Shown: positions 1-12,700, counted from the first letter of the whole stretch. The stretch: 63,487 nt of DNA, filler included, from Choristocarpus tenellus KU-1152 (GCA_964200185.2; 11 parts of 11 records of this genome joined end to end with filler, not necessarily neighbours in it); one strand, 5' to 3'. Notes: a model not told the origin generated them from the letters alone. Made by a program: numbers and translations.

Positions 1-1386
1 GTTCCTTGCTTCTTTCGCGTTAGACTGAGCAATCCCACACTCGTCATCTTGCTTCCTCTCACGAATCTGGGGGTGTATCCATCTTAACGACGTACCTCCT
101 CATCGTTCCAGTTATTTTGTTGCAAAGCCACAGATGGGATTCACATTAGAGGCGTACAATCTGTTGTCCTTGCTATGTGGAGTTCAGATTATGGAAATCA
201 GATTCTCAAGAGAAAAGTTGTCTGTCTGTGATGGGTTTCAAACCAACAATATATTTATATACCTCATTCTGGGCGTAGAAGGTTGGCAGTAGTAGTATCC
301 CATTGAGCCAAACCAATTGAGGGGTAGGCAGGTTTGGACTCTGCTGCATTCCAAGCCATATTTCTTACACTGTGCAATACGCTTTATGCCACTCCTCCGT
401 GTGCTCAATAGTGTACTCATAATTGATATCCCCCCTTACCACATACAAGGTGACACCATAGTTCAAGATTGACTCTTGAATGGAATAAATCATTATTTGA
501 TTTTCCTCTTCTTATAGTTCTTCCTGTATGATCAGGACCTTTACTAGTTATTTTGTCAGGAAAAAAAAGGGGGGGTTGAGATCCAAGAAGACTTCATTGA
601 CTAGAACAAGATATATGCTGTTTCACGAGGTCCAGGGATCAAGTTCACGATAGTTTATTGCAAGGAAAAACCTACAAGGGAAAGAAGAAGAATGTTTTCC
701 GTATGTTTGTTGGAGGAATACACACAAACGCAGCAGCATAAATGGTGTTCAGATCGCATTTCCTCGGTCCTTCTGGTTGCGTTGATTAGAGTGTGAATCC
801 CGCAGCTCCCTCCACCAGCATTTTCCCAGCACCAGAAGGTCTGAAGAGGGGAAATCTATACATTCATGGATCCACATTGACTTCATTTGAACTATACCCT
901 CACATTGTCCGTTCTGAGTGACAGGAAGTAGGGCGCAAAGAAGGTTTGTCCTATGGTTGCCTACAAAGAACCAATCTTCATGGAAGGGTACTTATCAGAC
1001 AGAGTGAAGCTTTAAAGTTCGCCATATATGTATTCTATCCACCTCCAACTGCCATTGGCATGTTATGTGTCACGAGGGTCAAAGCGTAGGGTCGGGTCGG
1101 TAATAATCCTCCACACCTGGTACTGACAAGTGGTAGAATGGGGTATGCCACGATTTGGCAGCGAAACCTCTACTACCAACCACCAAATACCCGGAATGGG
1201 TACTGGCGTCCCAATTGACTAATCAGAGCACAGGTTAGACATGTAATTCCTCCAGATACTACTCTTCTCATTCACAAATTCAATCTAGGACTCTTCTTTC
1301 TTTAACCTCCAACAACATCCTAAACACACGAAACATATGCACAACCCTCAATTTCGGGGATTACTCGTACAACTGTGCACACTACA

Positions 1387-1645
1387 GAGTGAAAGTATCT
1401 TAGAGGGTACGAGTTTTTCCCTGTTTGTCCATTTGGGGCTTGGCTTCCCATGTTTTTTTTTTACGACATTTTACTACTCCAAAATGTTTAGGAGTAGGTA
1501 AAATGTGTAAGTTATGAAAAGGTTGACCGGAACAAAGATTTTGACACTTCCTAACAAACACGATAGCCAAAATCACATCAAAATCGAAACATTGGATGTT
1601 GGCCCCCAAATGAACGCGACCTTACCCTCTAAGATACTTTGGCTC
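1387..1645 (+). mobile_element. MITE family A copy (GAG...CTC termini, Sola2-like)
   Basis: TIRs GAGTGAAAGTATCTTAGAGGGTA / TACCCTCTAAGATACTTTGGCTC; closely similar to five other copies in the window. Confidence 0.85.
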
Positions 1646-3189
1646 ACTCAACCACCGCAACTTCAAACGTCACACTGCATTCTGACCTAGTTGTGTGCCT
1701 CAGATTTTGAAAAGAATATTCGAATGACAACTATTGTATATCAGTATCCGAAGTTTTTGTACTTTGGTCTGTCTTTCGTCTTACACCCCTCCCCTGACAC
1801 ATACACACGTCTCCAAAATCTCAGTGGACACAATAAATGGTGTAATGTATGATATCAAATCGTGAGAATGATTCTAGTGTAATAAGTAGTACAAATATTA
1901 TTGTTAGTCCTTCGAATGAGAGCATTTTTTTTTTCGCGGTCATCGCTCGGTTTGGGTCTTTGTGATAGTTGTGTCACCCAACCGACCAAACACTTCTCCC
2001 CTCCACAACAAGATTTTCTTAGATTTATTGTCGAACCTTTTTACACGTGACTCAAGACAAAGCAAAAATCATCGATGTTGAGGAGAGATAATCCGCAATA
2101 CGTAAGGCTATTTGAATTATCAACTGTTTTCCCCAGAATTTGTACATGGGGATTGGGCAAATTAATTTTCCATTTGTTTTCCTTTTATATATCTTGGAAG
2201 AGGAAATCTTTTCGAGAGAGCCTCGCAAGACTGAAAAGAAGAGGAACTTTCAAGGCTTCTTCTGGAACAAACCGAACCTCAATCGTCCTTGTGGTAGGTG
2301 TGAAAAGTTGTATTGAAAATGGCCAACTACACGAAGGTGTGTAGGCGACTAGGAGGCAGTGCCCGAAAGAGATCCCAAACTGCTAAGAAGAGAAACGAAG
2401 CCTACAATGACAAGCATTGCATCACCGGCATAGGCAAAGCATGTGTGGTTCGAGATGCTAGACGGATTACGGAGCAGGGTTTGGTTGTTATAGCGTTGGC
2501 TATACTTGAAGCAAAGCAGGTGACTGCTGATGCTCTGAGACTGTCGTCAAGAAACAACTAGTCGATGTCGAGATCGAATTGAGGGAGGTGAAAGCAGCGG
2601 AGGAAGACAAAGCCAAGCAATCCTCCACAATGCAAGCTGTGACAACGGGGGAAAGAAAACGAGTCAAAGGATATTCCGACCGCGTAATCTTCGTGATGAA
2701 GATGAGAGACCAAAGAGGGTAGATGGTGAGAAGAGAGAGGTTAGGGTCCGGCCAAAGCCGCGAAAAAATAGTCAACTCTCTGTGAGGCATCAGCAGTGCC
2801 TGAAGAAGAGATCGCCACGTTTGAAGGTGGATGTTGAAAGCTGAGGGAGAAACCAAGACCAGGAAGAGCTCGGAAGAGAGGAGAACGAGCTCGCCTTCAC
2901 ATCTGGATGGATGACTAAGTACATTATGTGTAGAACGCATCCAAGACGCACGAGTAGTACCTCAGGAGGACCCATCTGCTTGGTACCCTCCATCTTTGCT
3001 TTGTGGTTCGAGTTCGGACTTGTGTGTTTGTAGTTTCTGATTTACCAACACATTAGCATAGATCTGGTGCATTTTGTCCTCCCTTTTTTTGTGAAGTAGA
3101 AATAAAGATGAGTGATTATCGGACAATTTCATCACCCAAACAACGAAAAAATGTAATAAAATGAAAATAATTTACAAATTCACAGTTTT

Positions 3190-3806
3190 TTTACACTGCT
3201 GGCAGTTGCACGATGCCTGGAATGAGAGCCAACATTCCTGTCAGTCTTAAGGATGAAGGAGGATTGTCCAGAGTAATTATAGAGAGGTTCTTCAGGATGA
3301 GTATTGCTTACCACCTCATATATTCCAACGAGAAAGGCATAAAGTGCATCAGATTGGACAGGGTGTACAAGACATTTAAGTCTCACAGGAGGCCTGCACC
3401 TTCAGAATACCTCATTTGACTTTGCATGGATTGTCTGATTCCGAGGCCTGGAGCCCCATGAGTGAGCCTTAGCCAAGAGGTGACAACATCGCATAAACGG
3501 GACATAATGAAAAGAGAATGGAGAGAGAACAACACCCATGTTCTCCGGGTGAAGGTGACCTCTTCTGGCGTCAAAATCGTCCTAAAATGCGCAGTTCGCG
3601 CGCGCCACATGGCACCCCCGCGCGAACCTTGCGCTCGGAATACCCTTTAAACATGGTCCTGTATTTCTCACGAATACTGTAAGTTGACGAACTGTGACCC
3701 ATCAAAAAAGGTTAAGCATGCTGATGCGATTACAACAAACGAATTTTCATGAAAAAAATTGTTGTTGCTCAAGAGTTATGGGATGACAAAGTTGATGTAG
3801 GAGGCG
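3190..3806 (+). mobile_element. 3' fragment of a related Tc1/IS630-like transposon
   Basis: CTMPGMRANIPVSL...IIERFFRMSIAYHLIY...KTFKSHRRPAPSEYLI* aligns with the C-terminus at 41096-41368. It ends GGAGGCG|TA, and 3400-3806 is repeated at 38130-38514. Confidence 0.7.
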
Positions 3807-3956
3807 TACATAGTGCTTCGCTCGCCCCCATACCATCTCTATCAGGTTCAATTCTCAGTGGTACTTTGGAAGCATCAAGCAGAGTCCTCCACGATGCTCA
3901 ACCAGAATCGTGTCCTGTGAGTGGCCTAAACAGTATTAAGCCGAGATTAGCCCACG

Positions 3957-4287
3957 CACTGTTTTGGCGATGACCAATCTTGATCTTTTTGAAAAGGTCG
4001 ACCAACGAGTTACTCGACAATCAGCATATCAAACGAAAGATTTTGATCTAAGCTATCACTGGTCAAAAGGACGTTTTTCAGGAAAATATGTTTGGTCGTG
4101 ATAATCCATTCCGGAACATTTCCAAGGTGTGCTGAAACCATTCGGCTAAAATTTAATCTTACCAAAAAAAATATGAAAAAATTCCTTTGCACCAGTGATA
4201 GCTTAGATCCAGTGTTGTTTAACTCGTTGGCCAACCCTTTAAAAAAAATCAAGACTGGTCTCATCCTAGAGGCGACCGCTAACACTG
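3957..4287. mobile_element. Fold-back MITE with long imperfect TIRs
   Basis: Nested inverted repeats: 3972-4012 vs 4220-4260 and 4045-4071 vs 4182-4209; outer end AACACTG|TA. Confidence 0.65.
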
Positions 4288-4345
4288 TAGAGCTTTAAAT
4301 GCAATAAACGCCTCTCATTTGCAATTCTAAACTACTACTATAGTA

Positions 4346-4909
4346 CGTTCACCCTTTATTCTTGTTGATGTCGAAACATTTGATGTAGACATCGGATTAA
4401 AAAAATAAAAGCATATTCGTGATGCCCTTCACAACGTCCTCCAGAGTAGGGCTTCGTTTTTTCCATGATTTTGTTTCTGAAGAAAGAGTGCTCATATTGG
4501 GTTCGAACCCTGGATTGTAGGTGACCAAGAGTGGTAACACATCCACTATTATTTGATTAAGTATTCTTGTTTGGGTGAGAAAAAAGTCTCCCCACCTTTT
4601 CTTCTTTGTGTTCGCGTACCCGCTCTTTGACCTGCAAGGATGTCCTCGTCGACACCTAGAATGAAACCCCTCTTCTAGCGCCCTTGCTCCAACTCCTTGA
4701 TGTGGCCTTAGTTAGGAAGTCTCTCTCCCATTTACTCATAGTTTCCGACCTGACCACTGCATATCCTGCTGCCATCTCAAGCGCTGTTTGATAGTCTTTC
4801 CCGTCGTTCATACACAGGTACAGGATTCGCAGCGTTAGAGCCTTGACTATTACATTTCCTCGTTGAGTGCTGGAAATGGGCGTCATCGGTGTTTCCTGGG
4901 TGGGTGATA
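4346..4909 (-). mobile_element. Internally deleted Tc1/IS630-like element
   Basis: Transposase-N-terminus-like text (ALEMAAGYAVVRSETMSKWERDFL...DEDI) is joined directly to a 3' region (4375-4578) that is the reverse complement of 41410-41612. It ends at TA|CGTTCACCC. Confidence 0.6.
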
Positions 4910-4928
4910 GAGTCAACGTATCTGGGGG

Positions 4929-5028
4929 NNNNNNNNNNNNNNNNNNNNNNNNNNNNNNNNNNNNNNNNNNNNTTAATTAATTAANNNNNNNNNNNNNNNN
5001 NNNNNNNNNNNNNNNNNNNNNNNNNNNN
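4929..5028. other. Artificial contig spacer 44N-TTAATTAATTAA-44N (first of ten)
   Basis: Identical 100-nt spacers also at 14143-14242, 17425-17524, 20375-20474, 24314-24413, 28277-28376, 33273-33372, 37949-38048, 41983-42082 and 55958-56057. The 12-mer puts TAA in all six frames. Confidence 0.97.
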
Positions 5029-5490
5029 CTACAGGCAAGTACCATACCTACCTATAGATGCACGCCTCTCCCAGCATAAACTGACCTTGTACCTACCTCG
5101 AGGAGAACCTATGCAACTGATTTTTTTCTTTTTTTTCTTTTTTTTTTTTGGGGGGGGGGTTGGGGAGGGGGAGGACATTAATAAATAAAAGCTATGGTTC
5201 GCTCCATGTATCTGCACAACTTGGGCTACAAAATCCACACACACCTTCCACTTCAAGTACACACTACTGCATGCAAAAAGAGGTGCTTGAGTGTGTGTCA
5301 TGTTCACTAGAGTGTCTAAGCAGGAAAAAACACCCCAAAAAATATCAATGTGCACCCGACCAATTGACTAATACCTCAAAACAAGACTAATAAATGTACA
5401 TCACATTTACAGGTGTACCTTGTCTTGAGAACACGTTACGCCACTACTGTACTGACCAGGACTCCACCCCCCCTCCCCTCAGTCTTTCAC

Positions 5491-8400
5491 CTCCCAATTC
5501 CAGCTGGAGATGATGGCAGGAGATACCAGGTAAGCCATCACTGTCCCCACCTGCAAGCCACTAACAATAAGAGCTATCCACCTGCTGCGTTGACCTTGTG
5601 GCACCCTCTCTGCCACGATACCCTGGAAAGGAGACAGGAGGGGGGGGCGGGGGGGCGGGGAGGGTAGGAAAGCACAGCAATCATAATCAAAAACTTGGAT
5701 CAACACCAATATGCACAATGTTCTCATATACTTCATGTGCTGTGGTAATGGGGGACAGTATCGTAAGTACTTCAATATTATCCTCTTGTTAGAATACCAT
5801 TTTGGAATGCTACTGTTTAGTACACAGAGGGGATATGACACCAGGTTTTCCATATTTTTTTGAGGCGTGTGCTAATGCAGGAGGGGATTTCCAATCTGTA
5901 GGACAGGTATTTTATTCTGTACAAAGATACGTAAAACATCCATATAATAAGCCTGTATCCAGGTGTCAGTGAGAGAGCAAGCGCGTCTGACATACACAGC
6001 AGGCAGACACCTGAGGTGCACACACACACATTCAAGTACCTTTTAATGTCAAACAAAACGAAGAGAGTAGGCGTTTGGATGTTCCGCACACTATCGGGAG
6101 GTTTTAGGGTTAGGGAATGTTAGAAGAATATTTTAGTCCCACGCAGAAGTACATCTATCAGTGTCTAACCCTAACCCTAATTAACTGGAGACAATTAAAC
6201 AAAAAAGTTATAATAAAAAACATCTCTCTCTCTCTCTCCCTCCCTCCCTCTTGGAAAAAAGAAGAAGTGAGTGGACACACACAGACACACACACACACAC
6301 GTAACAATATGAGTCACCTGTATTGAGGGTGTTAGCACTGCCTCCCCCAGGCCCATAGCAAACCGACAAGCCAACAACGCATTCAAGTTCATCTCCGCAG
6401 CCATAGGGGAGAGGATTTGAGCCACGGACCACAACAACACCCCACCCGCCATCACTTGCTTCTCCCCTATTGCGCTGATCAAAGCGGAAGCAGGCACCAA
6501 GGACAACATGTAGCCCCAGCTGAAGACACTGCTGATCTATTGGACCCCGTAGGCGTCGGCGACAATGAAAAATAGAGAGAAAAAAAAACACTATGTTGTT
6601 GTTGTTGTTGTTATGAGTTTAGGTGTGCTTTAGTTCAACCAATCAAATTTACTGTTTTGTTTTTTTTAGCGTTATTGCAGCTCGGTGAATATATTAGTGG
6701 ACAAATGTTCCACTGGTGGAGGATGTTCGCAGGTTTGAACCAAATAGGCGCCGGATTTCATTCCGGAGAGTCTCTGGCGTCAATGATTTACAGTTCGTGC
6801 GCAAAGCGCTACTAGGGTGGTACATCTGTACTCTCGTACCGGTTGCTGTACCATAAAAAAAAAGAGTCAATACCTAAGAATGAGGTGGCAAGCCTTCATC
6901 GCTGAGTCATGGCAAGGTGGGTCCAGCACAAGATTGGAGGATGGAGTCGGAGTGACAAAGTAGCGGGATGGCTGAGCCCAATGTGAGAGAAGCAAGACTC
7001 GGGTGGGGGCTGCGCAATTGGTCGTAGCGCAACGATCGGATATTGTAGTCTGTGTGCATGAGAGGTTGTGGTGTCTATAGTGCCTCTTACAACGGGAAGG
7101 GCTAGTCCTTAGGCTATGGAGACAAAAAAAAAAACATGTTACACAATCAATACTATATCTGTAGCGTACATACACGAGAGGCAAAAGAGAGCCGGTTCAA
7201 AAAGAGAAGGTTAGCATACAGGTGCAAAGAGTAGCATATTCATAAAAAACAAAAAAAGTACATGCGTGAGAAAAGAGGAGTCGTTATGTGATAGTGTCAC
7301 CTTTCTGCCAAGGTATGCCTCTTACAGGAACAAAACCATTTGAAGGTATACCCTGGCAGGAAGGTAGCTATCACGCACCGACAAAAAAATAGAGGTGTTT
7401 GTGTGCAGGTATGCATATACTCTGCAAGGGATTTTGCAAGTGGAGATAGTGATGCAGAAAAAACTATGCATAGCATAGGCCCCATTCATTCACCTTTCCC
7501 AGCAGTTACAACTCTAAACTCCAACCCGATCAGAAGAACTAAAAAAGAAAACATAGAAAAAAAAAATTGTTCATTCCTGCTAGGGATATAATTGTACACA
7601 AACGGAGGTTGGAGGTATTGGTGGGAGGGATACAAGAGAGAAGGGAGGGGGTGGTGGGCGGGGTAATAGTATTTGCAGAAAGGGAATATGGGTGGACTGA
7701 ATAGCATGCACTAATGTGCTTTTCTACTTTATCTGCTGCTACCTCAGGCTGAGTATAGCATGATAAGTAGTGTTGAATCCAACTATGGTAACACCCACTG
7801 AGAAGGAGAAAAGATCATTCCTGTTTGCCATAGATCTCCAAATGTTGTCGTTCCATTGTACAATATTTGGATGATGTGAGTGAGTGAGTGAGGGTCAACG
7901 TGACTGCCAAACCAATGCCAATCAGGTATGGTGGTAAACGATTTTGTTCAAGAGGTGATTTATGACTTTCATTCGGAAAAGAGGCCATTGCATAAAAAGA
8001 AAGAAATATGTAAATGTTTCTTGCGCGCATACCCCACAAAAAATCACCTCTCATTCACCACAACACAAGTAGGCATCAATTCTCAAAACCCCTTGACAGC
8101 TCCCTGCCCTGAACATGTATTCCCCCTGCAAGCCTGGAAGAAATGAAGCTGTCATAGAGATGAAGGAAAGATATGTTGCAAGTCTTGAGCCAACCTCTCT
8201 CCCCCTTCTCCCCCAGCTAAGTTCAGCCCTCGTTTGATAGTTTCACCACAATCTCATTTCAACCAACAGAACCAATGAAAAAAAAAGGTTTTCATTCTAC
8301 CCCCAACCAACAAGTAGAGAAGGATGCATGGCAACATGGCCAGGACATATTGCATTTGCTGGTTGTTAGACTCACCAGTCCCTTCGTGCTTTCTGAGTAA

Positions 8401-9313
8401 CCAAATTTGTATCCCATTGGGAGGATTGCCACAGACATGGCCACCCTGTCGAGTGAGCTGACAATTGCCACCAGGAAACAGAGGCCCATGATTGTCAGCA
8501 TCGCAGAGGTACCCTCGGCGTTATCATAGTCGAGGGCGGTCGAAGCCGTCTGTGGCACGTCGTCCAAGACCATACAGTACTCTGCCCCATCAGCGACGAG
8601 GATGCAGTCTGGTTCGATGAACTGATTCAATGAGGTGTACAGTATCCAGATTTTGGACACAGTGAGCAGGGGCTTTGGGCGAGGAGAAAGGCACGAGCTA
8701 CTCATTGGTGGTGGATTACAGTGAGGTGATGCAGGCACATCAATTGCTGCCTCTTAAGTTCTTGTGGTAGCAACTTCGACCAAGAGTTGCTGAAGGGGAC
8801 TGGTCGGATCTACCTCGACCATGTTCTGCAATGCAATGCCTACCAAAGGTTTTATACTTCTAAAAATCCGATCCTATGCATGCACTCTATGTGTTGCTGC
8901 AACTACCGACGACACTATTTTGTCTTGAGGGTGGTGAACAGTACTGACATGCCACCCAACGACTTGCACGTTTACAGGCAAAGCAAACTATAATAACCAT
9001 ACTCCTACATAGAATACATGACATATCTCACTTCCTGACGCCCATCGCTGGAAATCACGACTTCGTCAGATGATGTTGCGGCAGAGTTCAACCTGCCCAC
9101 CAAACGCGATCTAACTGGGGGCAGGCGATCCACTGCAACTCGCTGCGGAGGTTGTTGCCTTCGTTCTATTGGGACTAAGTATCCTGAGGCGCAAGTTTTA
9201 AGGTGATAAATTTCACACGATGGCACCCTAGCAGGCGAGAGGTTGGGGGAGAGCAATGCGATGGCTCCCCATGGCGGCCAAAGAAGGCACCATACCAACC
9301 AGATCGTCGCCAT
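5491..9313 (-). CDS. PHT4: MFS anion/phosphate transporter, PHT4/SLC17 (ACS) family, probably plastid-targeted; 5' part only
   Basis: In-phase GT-AG exons 9313-9032, 8621-8376, 6536-6318 and 5622-5491 splice to ...LCFLVAIVSSLDRVAMSVAILPM...STKGL|ISSVFSWGYMLSLVP...CRFAMGLGEAVLTPSIQ|GIVAERVPQGQRSRWIALIVSGLQVGTV...WNWE, matching the DRxxxSVAI, SSxFxWGY and RxxMGLGE motifs of PHT4/SLC17. The N-terminus MATIWLVWCLLWPPWGAIALLSP is signal-peptide-like; an alternative ATG lies at 9379. The C-terminal half is absent because the contig starts at 5029. Confidence 0.9.
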
Positions 9314-9703
9314 GAACTCCCTGCTACATCCAATTTGTACTCGAGAACGACAGCACGACATAGGGGATAAGGGTGCCATAATGGCCTTCACTACTTGAGA
9401 AGGATTTGACAGGGCTATCAGGAGGGTGATAGACTCCTCAGTCGTGGTTGTGTCGATGTTTCCAACAAACAGTTCAGACAGTTGCGAATCTTGAATTCTT
9501 TGTCAGGGACGGTTCCAATTTCTAGGTAAACGTCTAAGACAAACGCAAATAATACAAAACCTGTACTACTTGGATCTACGCTATCTCTACAAAACCTTTT
9601 CTTTGTTTTGGTGTTGTGGGTGATCTCTCTATTTACACATCTCTCCAATCCAAAAGAGTAACCAACCCTCACCTACAGTGGTAGGTAAGCCTCAACGTGC
9701 TGG
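9314..9703. promoter_or_regulatory. Short head-to-head intergenic region, putative bidirectional promoter
   Basis: Start codons of the two divergent genes are only ~325-390 bp apart in an otherwise gene-sparse region. Confidence 0.5.
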
Positions 9704-12700
9704 ATGGATCCTATGCAGGATAAAAATGATTACGGTCCGGAAAATAGGGAGGGGGTGACGCTTACTGATGGTTTGGTCGTGGACATGATCTGTGACAAGC
9801 CGGCGTATCTTGCATTGAAGAGGCCCAGGGATTGCTGCGTCTCAGGGAGATTGGGGAGTGAGAGTCGTCCACGCCTCTGCCACGACGAAAGTACTGTTGA
9901 TGGGGAAAGTGGAGAGGGTGGGATAGTGGAGAAGGCTGAGAGGCTAGCCGCCAATGGAGCTCAGATTGGTGTTGAGCTGGGACCAGCTCCAGCAAATGTG
10001 ATACATAATGCTAGTCATCCCATCGACTTCGACAGGGATATTTTCATCTCCAGTAGTGGGAAACAGCATGGTGCTGGTGGAGTGACTTTAAACGCAACCG
10101 AGAGTGGTTTGCCAGCCGCAGGACCTCAGAAGGTTGCACGGCTCTCCGAGATGGATGGATTTAGCAATGCGTTCAATGGCCACTCGGAGAACTCTACCGT
10201 CAAGGCTATCCTCGAGGATGGGCATGTAAAGGAAAATGAAGGGATAGCGAGCAGTAGCGTTGATACTCTGGTTGAGATGTCTGGACATCCTAAAGATGCT
10301 CAATATTCCAAAGTCCTCTTTTCGAGTCCAAGTGTTAGCAAATTGGGGGGAAAGATGGAGGGAGCAAGTGCCGGGGAAGCAGATATTTCATTGGAGGTGA
10401 GAAGAGCTTTCATGCATGTATGTTTCCATATATATATATAAATATATTTATGCGTCACAATCCATCAATACATCACACTTTCCATGGCGTTGTGGAAGCA
10501 CGGAGTGGAGTCTCCGACGGGATCTGTGATGCGATTGATATCGTGATCCATAACGACTCTGACATTTACCATATTGAGCCCAAACCCTGTGCCAGATAAG
10601 CGCAACTTGCCCATTTGCTCCACACTTTTTTCTTGAATACCAAGGACCCCAAGTACTTACACCATCCCCATCCTCAACCATGCCTTGCGGTCAAGTTACC
10701 CTGAGTGCAAAGCGTGACATGGTCACCTTGCGTCTCCCAACAAGCACACCTACTGTGCGTAGTAATGACAAGATCTTCCTCACGGGCACGTTAGCAATCA
10801 GTAGTGCGGCTTGACTGTGGATATCTACGCTCACTACCCATGTATCCCCTCTTCCCTGCCCCTTGTCCCTTCTTGTGCCCCCGTACCTGTTCTTGCCCAC
10901 ATATCAAACTTTGTTACAGTTCAAGACTGAAGCAAGGGACATCCCTCCTGGATCTATGTCAGTGCATTTACCAGGGAAACAGAGGGATGGGGACCCAACA
11001 GGCAAGCCATTTCCGTAGACAACTGGGGTCTTTGATTTGCTTCTGTGCTCTTTAGGCTAGTTGGAGATCTTTCTTATCCTGAACCACCTGTTTGGCAGAG
11101 ATTGAGGATTGGGTTGAGGTTGAAGGGCCAAGGTTGCATAAGAGAGAGGGTTTGATTGCAGTCTTAATGGGACTAATGGTTGAGGTATAGGTCAGGTTTT
11201 TGCTGAACTAAGAGGAAAGAACTGTTGCACAGGACCGACATGGCAACAGGATGTAAATCTTAGAACATGTGGAAAAGCTCAAGTATGTTGTAGAAGCTTG
11301 AGTGTGTGGGATGGGGTGGGTTGGGGTGCGGTTCAGAGTAAAATGACTCCATGTGGCGTGTGGGGAGGTGGTTTCATTCACGTGTGTGTATTTGCATATT
11401 TGTGGTATGTGTTCTATAACATAGGTTACCTAGAAGTAGTGATTCTTTTGACTGTGAGGGGAGTCTGAAATGTGCTTTCAGATACGCCTACCTTTCTTGA
11501 GTGAGATGTTATTGCTCTAGCTGCATGGTGAGACCACTACAGTGGTGGTCAGGTTTCTGTGTGTTGGGTACAAGAAGTAATGGAGCAAAAGGTGGAAAAG
11601 TGTGCACTTCCCCCCCCTGGATGCTTGTATGCTAGAATGGAAAAGATGAAGAATCCAAAAATCTCTCACAGCTGCCTGTTGTTGATTTGTATGCCTCAGT
11701 GGAGTCTCAATTTAGACCACTGATGATACTCTAGGGCTAGGACTTGGGTTAGTGTAAATGTTCATGATTGGTACTAGATTTGATTGGTTTGTAAAGCTTA
11801 CAAGGTATTTTTGTGTCCAACAGGCTACAGACAAGCACAAGGCCCATTGCCCCAACCCAGCATTGCAAAAGCATGTATTACAAGACAACTTGGAGACTGC
11901 CCCCTCCTCGATCCACTGCCCTTACAATGGTACAACTGTAGAGGTATTTTGTTATTGTTGTTCAAAGCATCATTAAGCATTGTCAATAAAAGTATAGCCA
12001 GTGCCAAAACCCACCCTGATATAACTACAGGGCAAAATGAGGAAACACCGGAACAGTCACGACAAAAAAAATGTCGCTCATCGTGTGACACACAAGACTT
12101 GACTGTGATACCAACCTTTATATACTGCTGTGCTCTAAATGGGTGATCCAAACAGAGATGCAGCAGACCCTGTTTGGGCTGGAGGAGAAGGAAGAGGATC
12201 TGTCTGAGGCTGGTATGACACCTGCAATAGTCTCCTTAGTCCACCAAAGGGCTGAAGGCAAGGAAGAACATTACACAGTTAATATTTCTAGACAGCGAAG
12301 CAATGGGCAGTATCTTTATCATGAACTTAGACAAGGTCAAGGTGTGCAGGAGAATCATGGACTGGGGCAGGGGGGGCAGGTGAAGGATGTGGGATCTCTA
12401 ACCTTCAACAAGGAGGGCTCTGAGCAGCCCACACCAGTGATGATGAAAATGACAGTATCAACAATATCTTCAGCTGTATCTGCAGCGACCACACCAATAT
12501 CAACAATAACTGCACCAGTATTGACAGCAGCTGCACCAGCATCAACAACATCTGCACTACTATCTACAGCAACCACACCAGTATCCACTATGACCATTGC
12601 ATTATCGACGATGACTACACCAGCACCAACAGCAACTGCATCAGTATCAACAACCACACCAGCGTCCATACTGCCATCACCTGTATCAACAACCACGGCG

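Noticed and set aside
4973-4984. Recurrent TTAATTAATTAA palindrome as a biological motif
   Set aside because: Always centred in exactly 44+44 Ns; it is an artificial six-frame stop linker.
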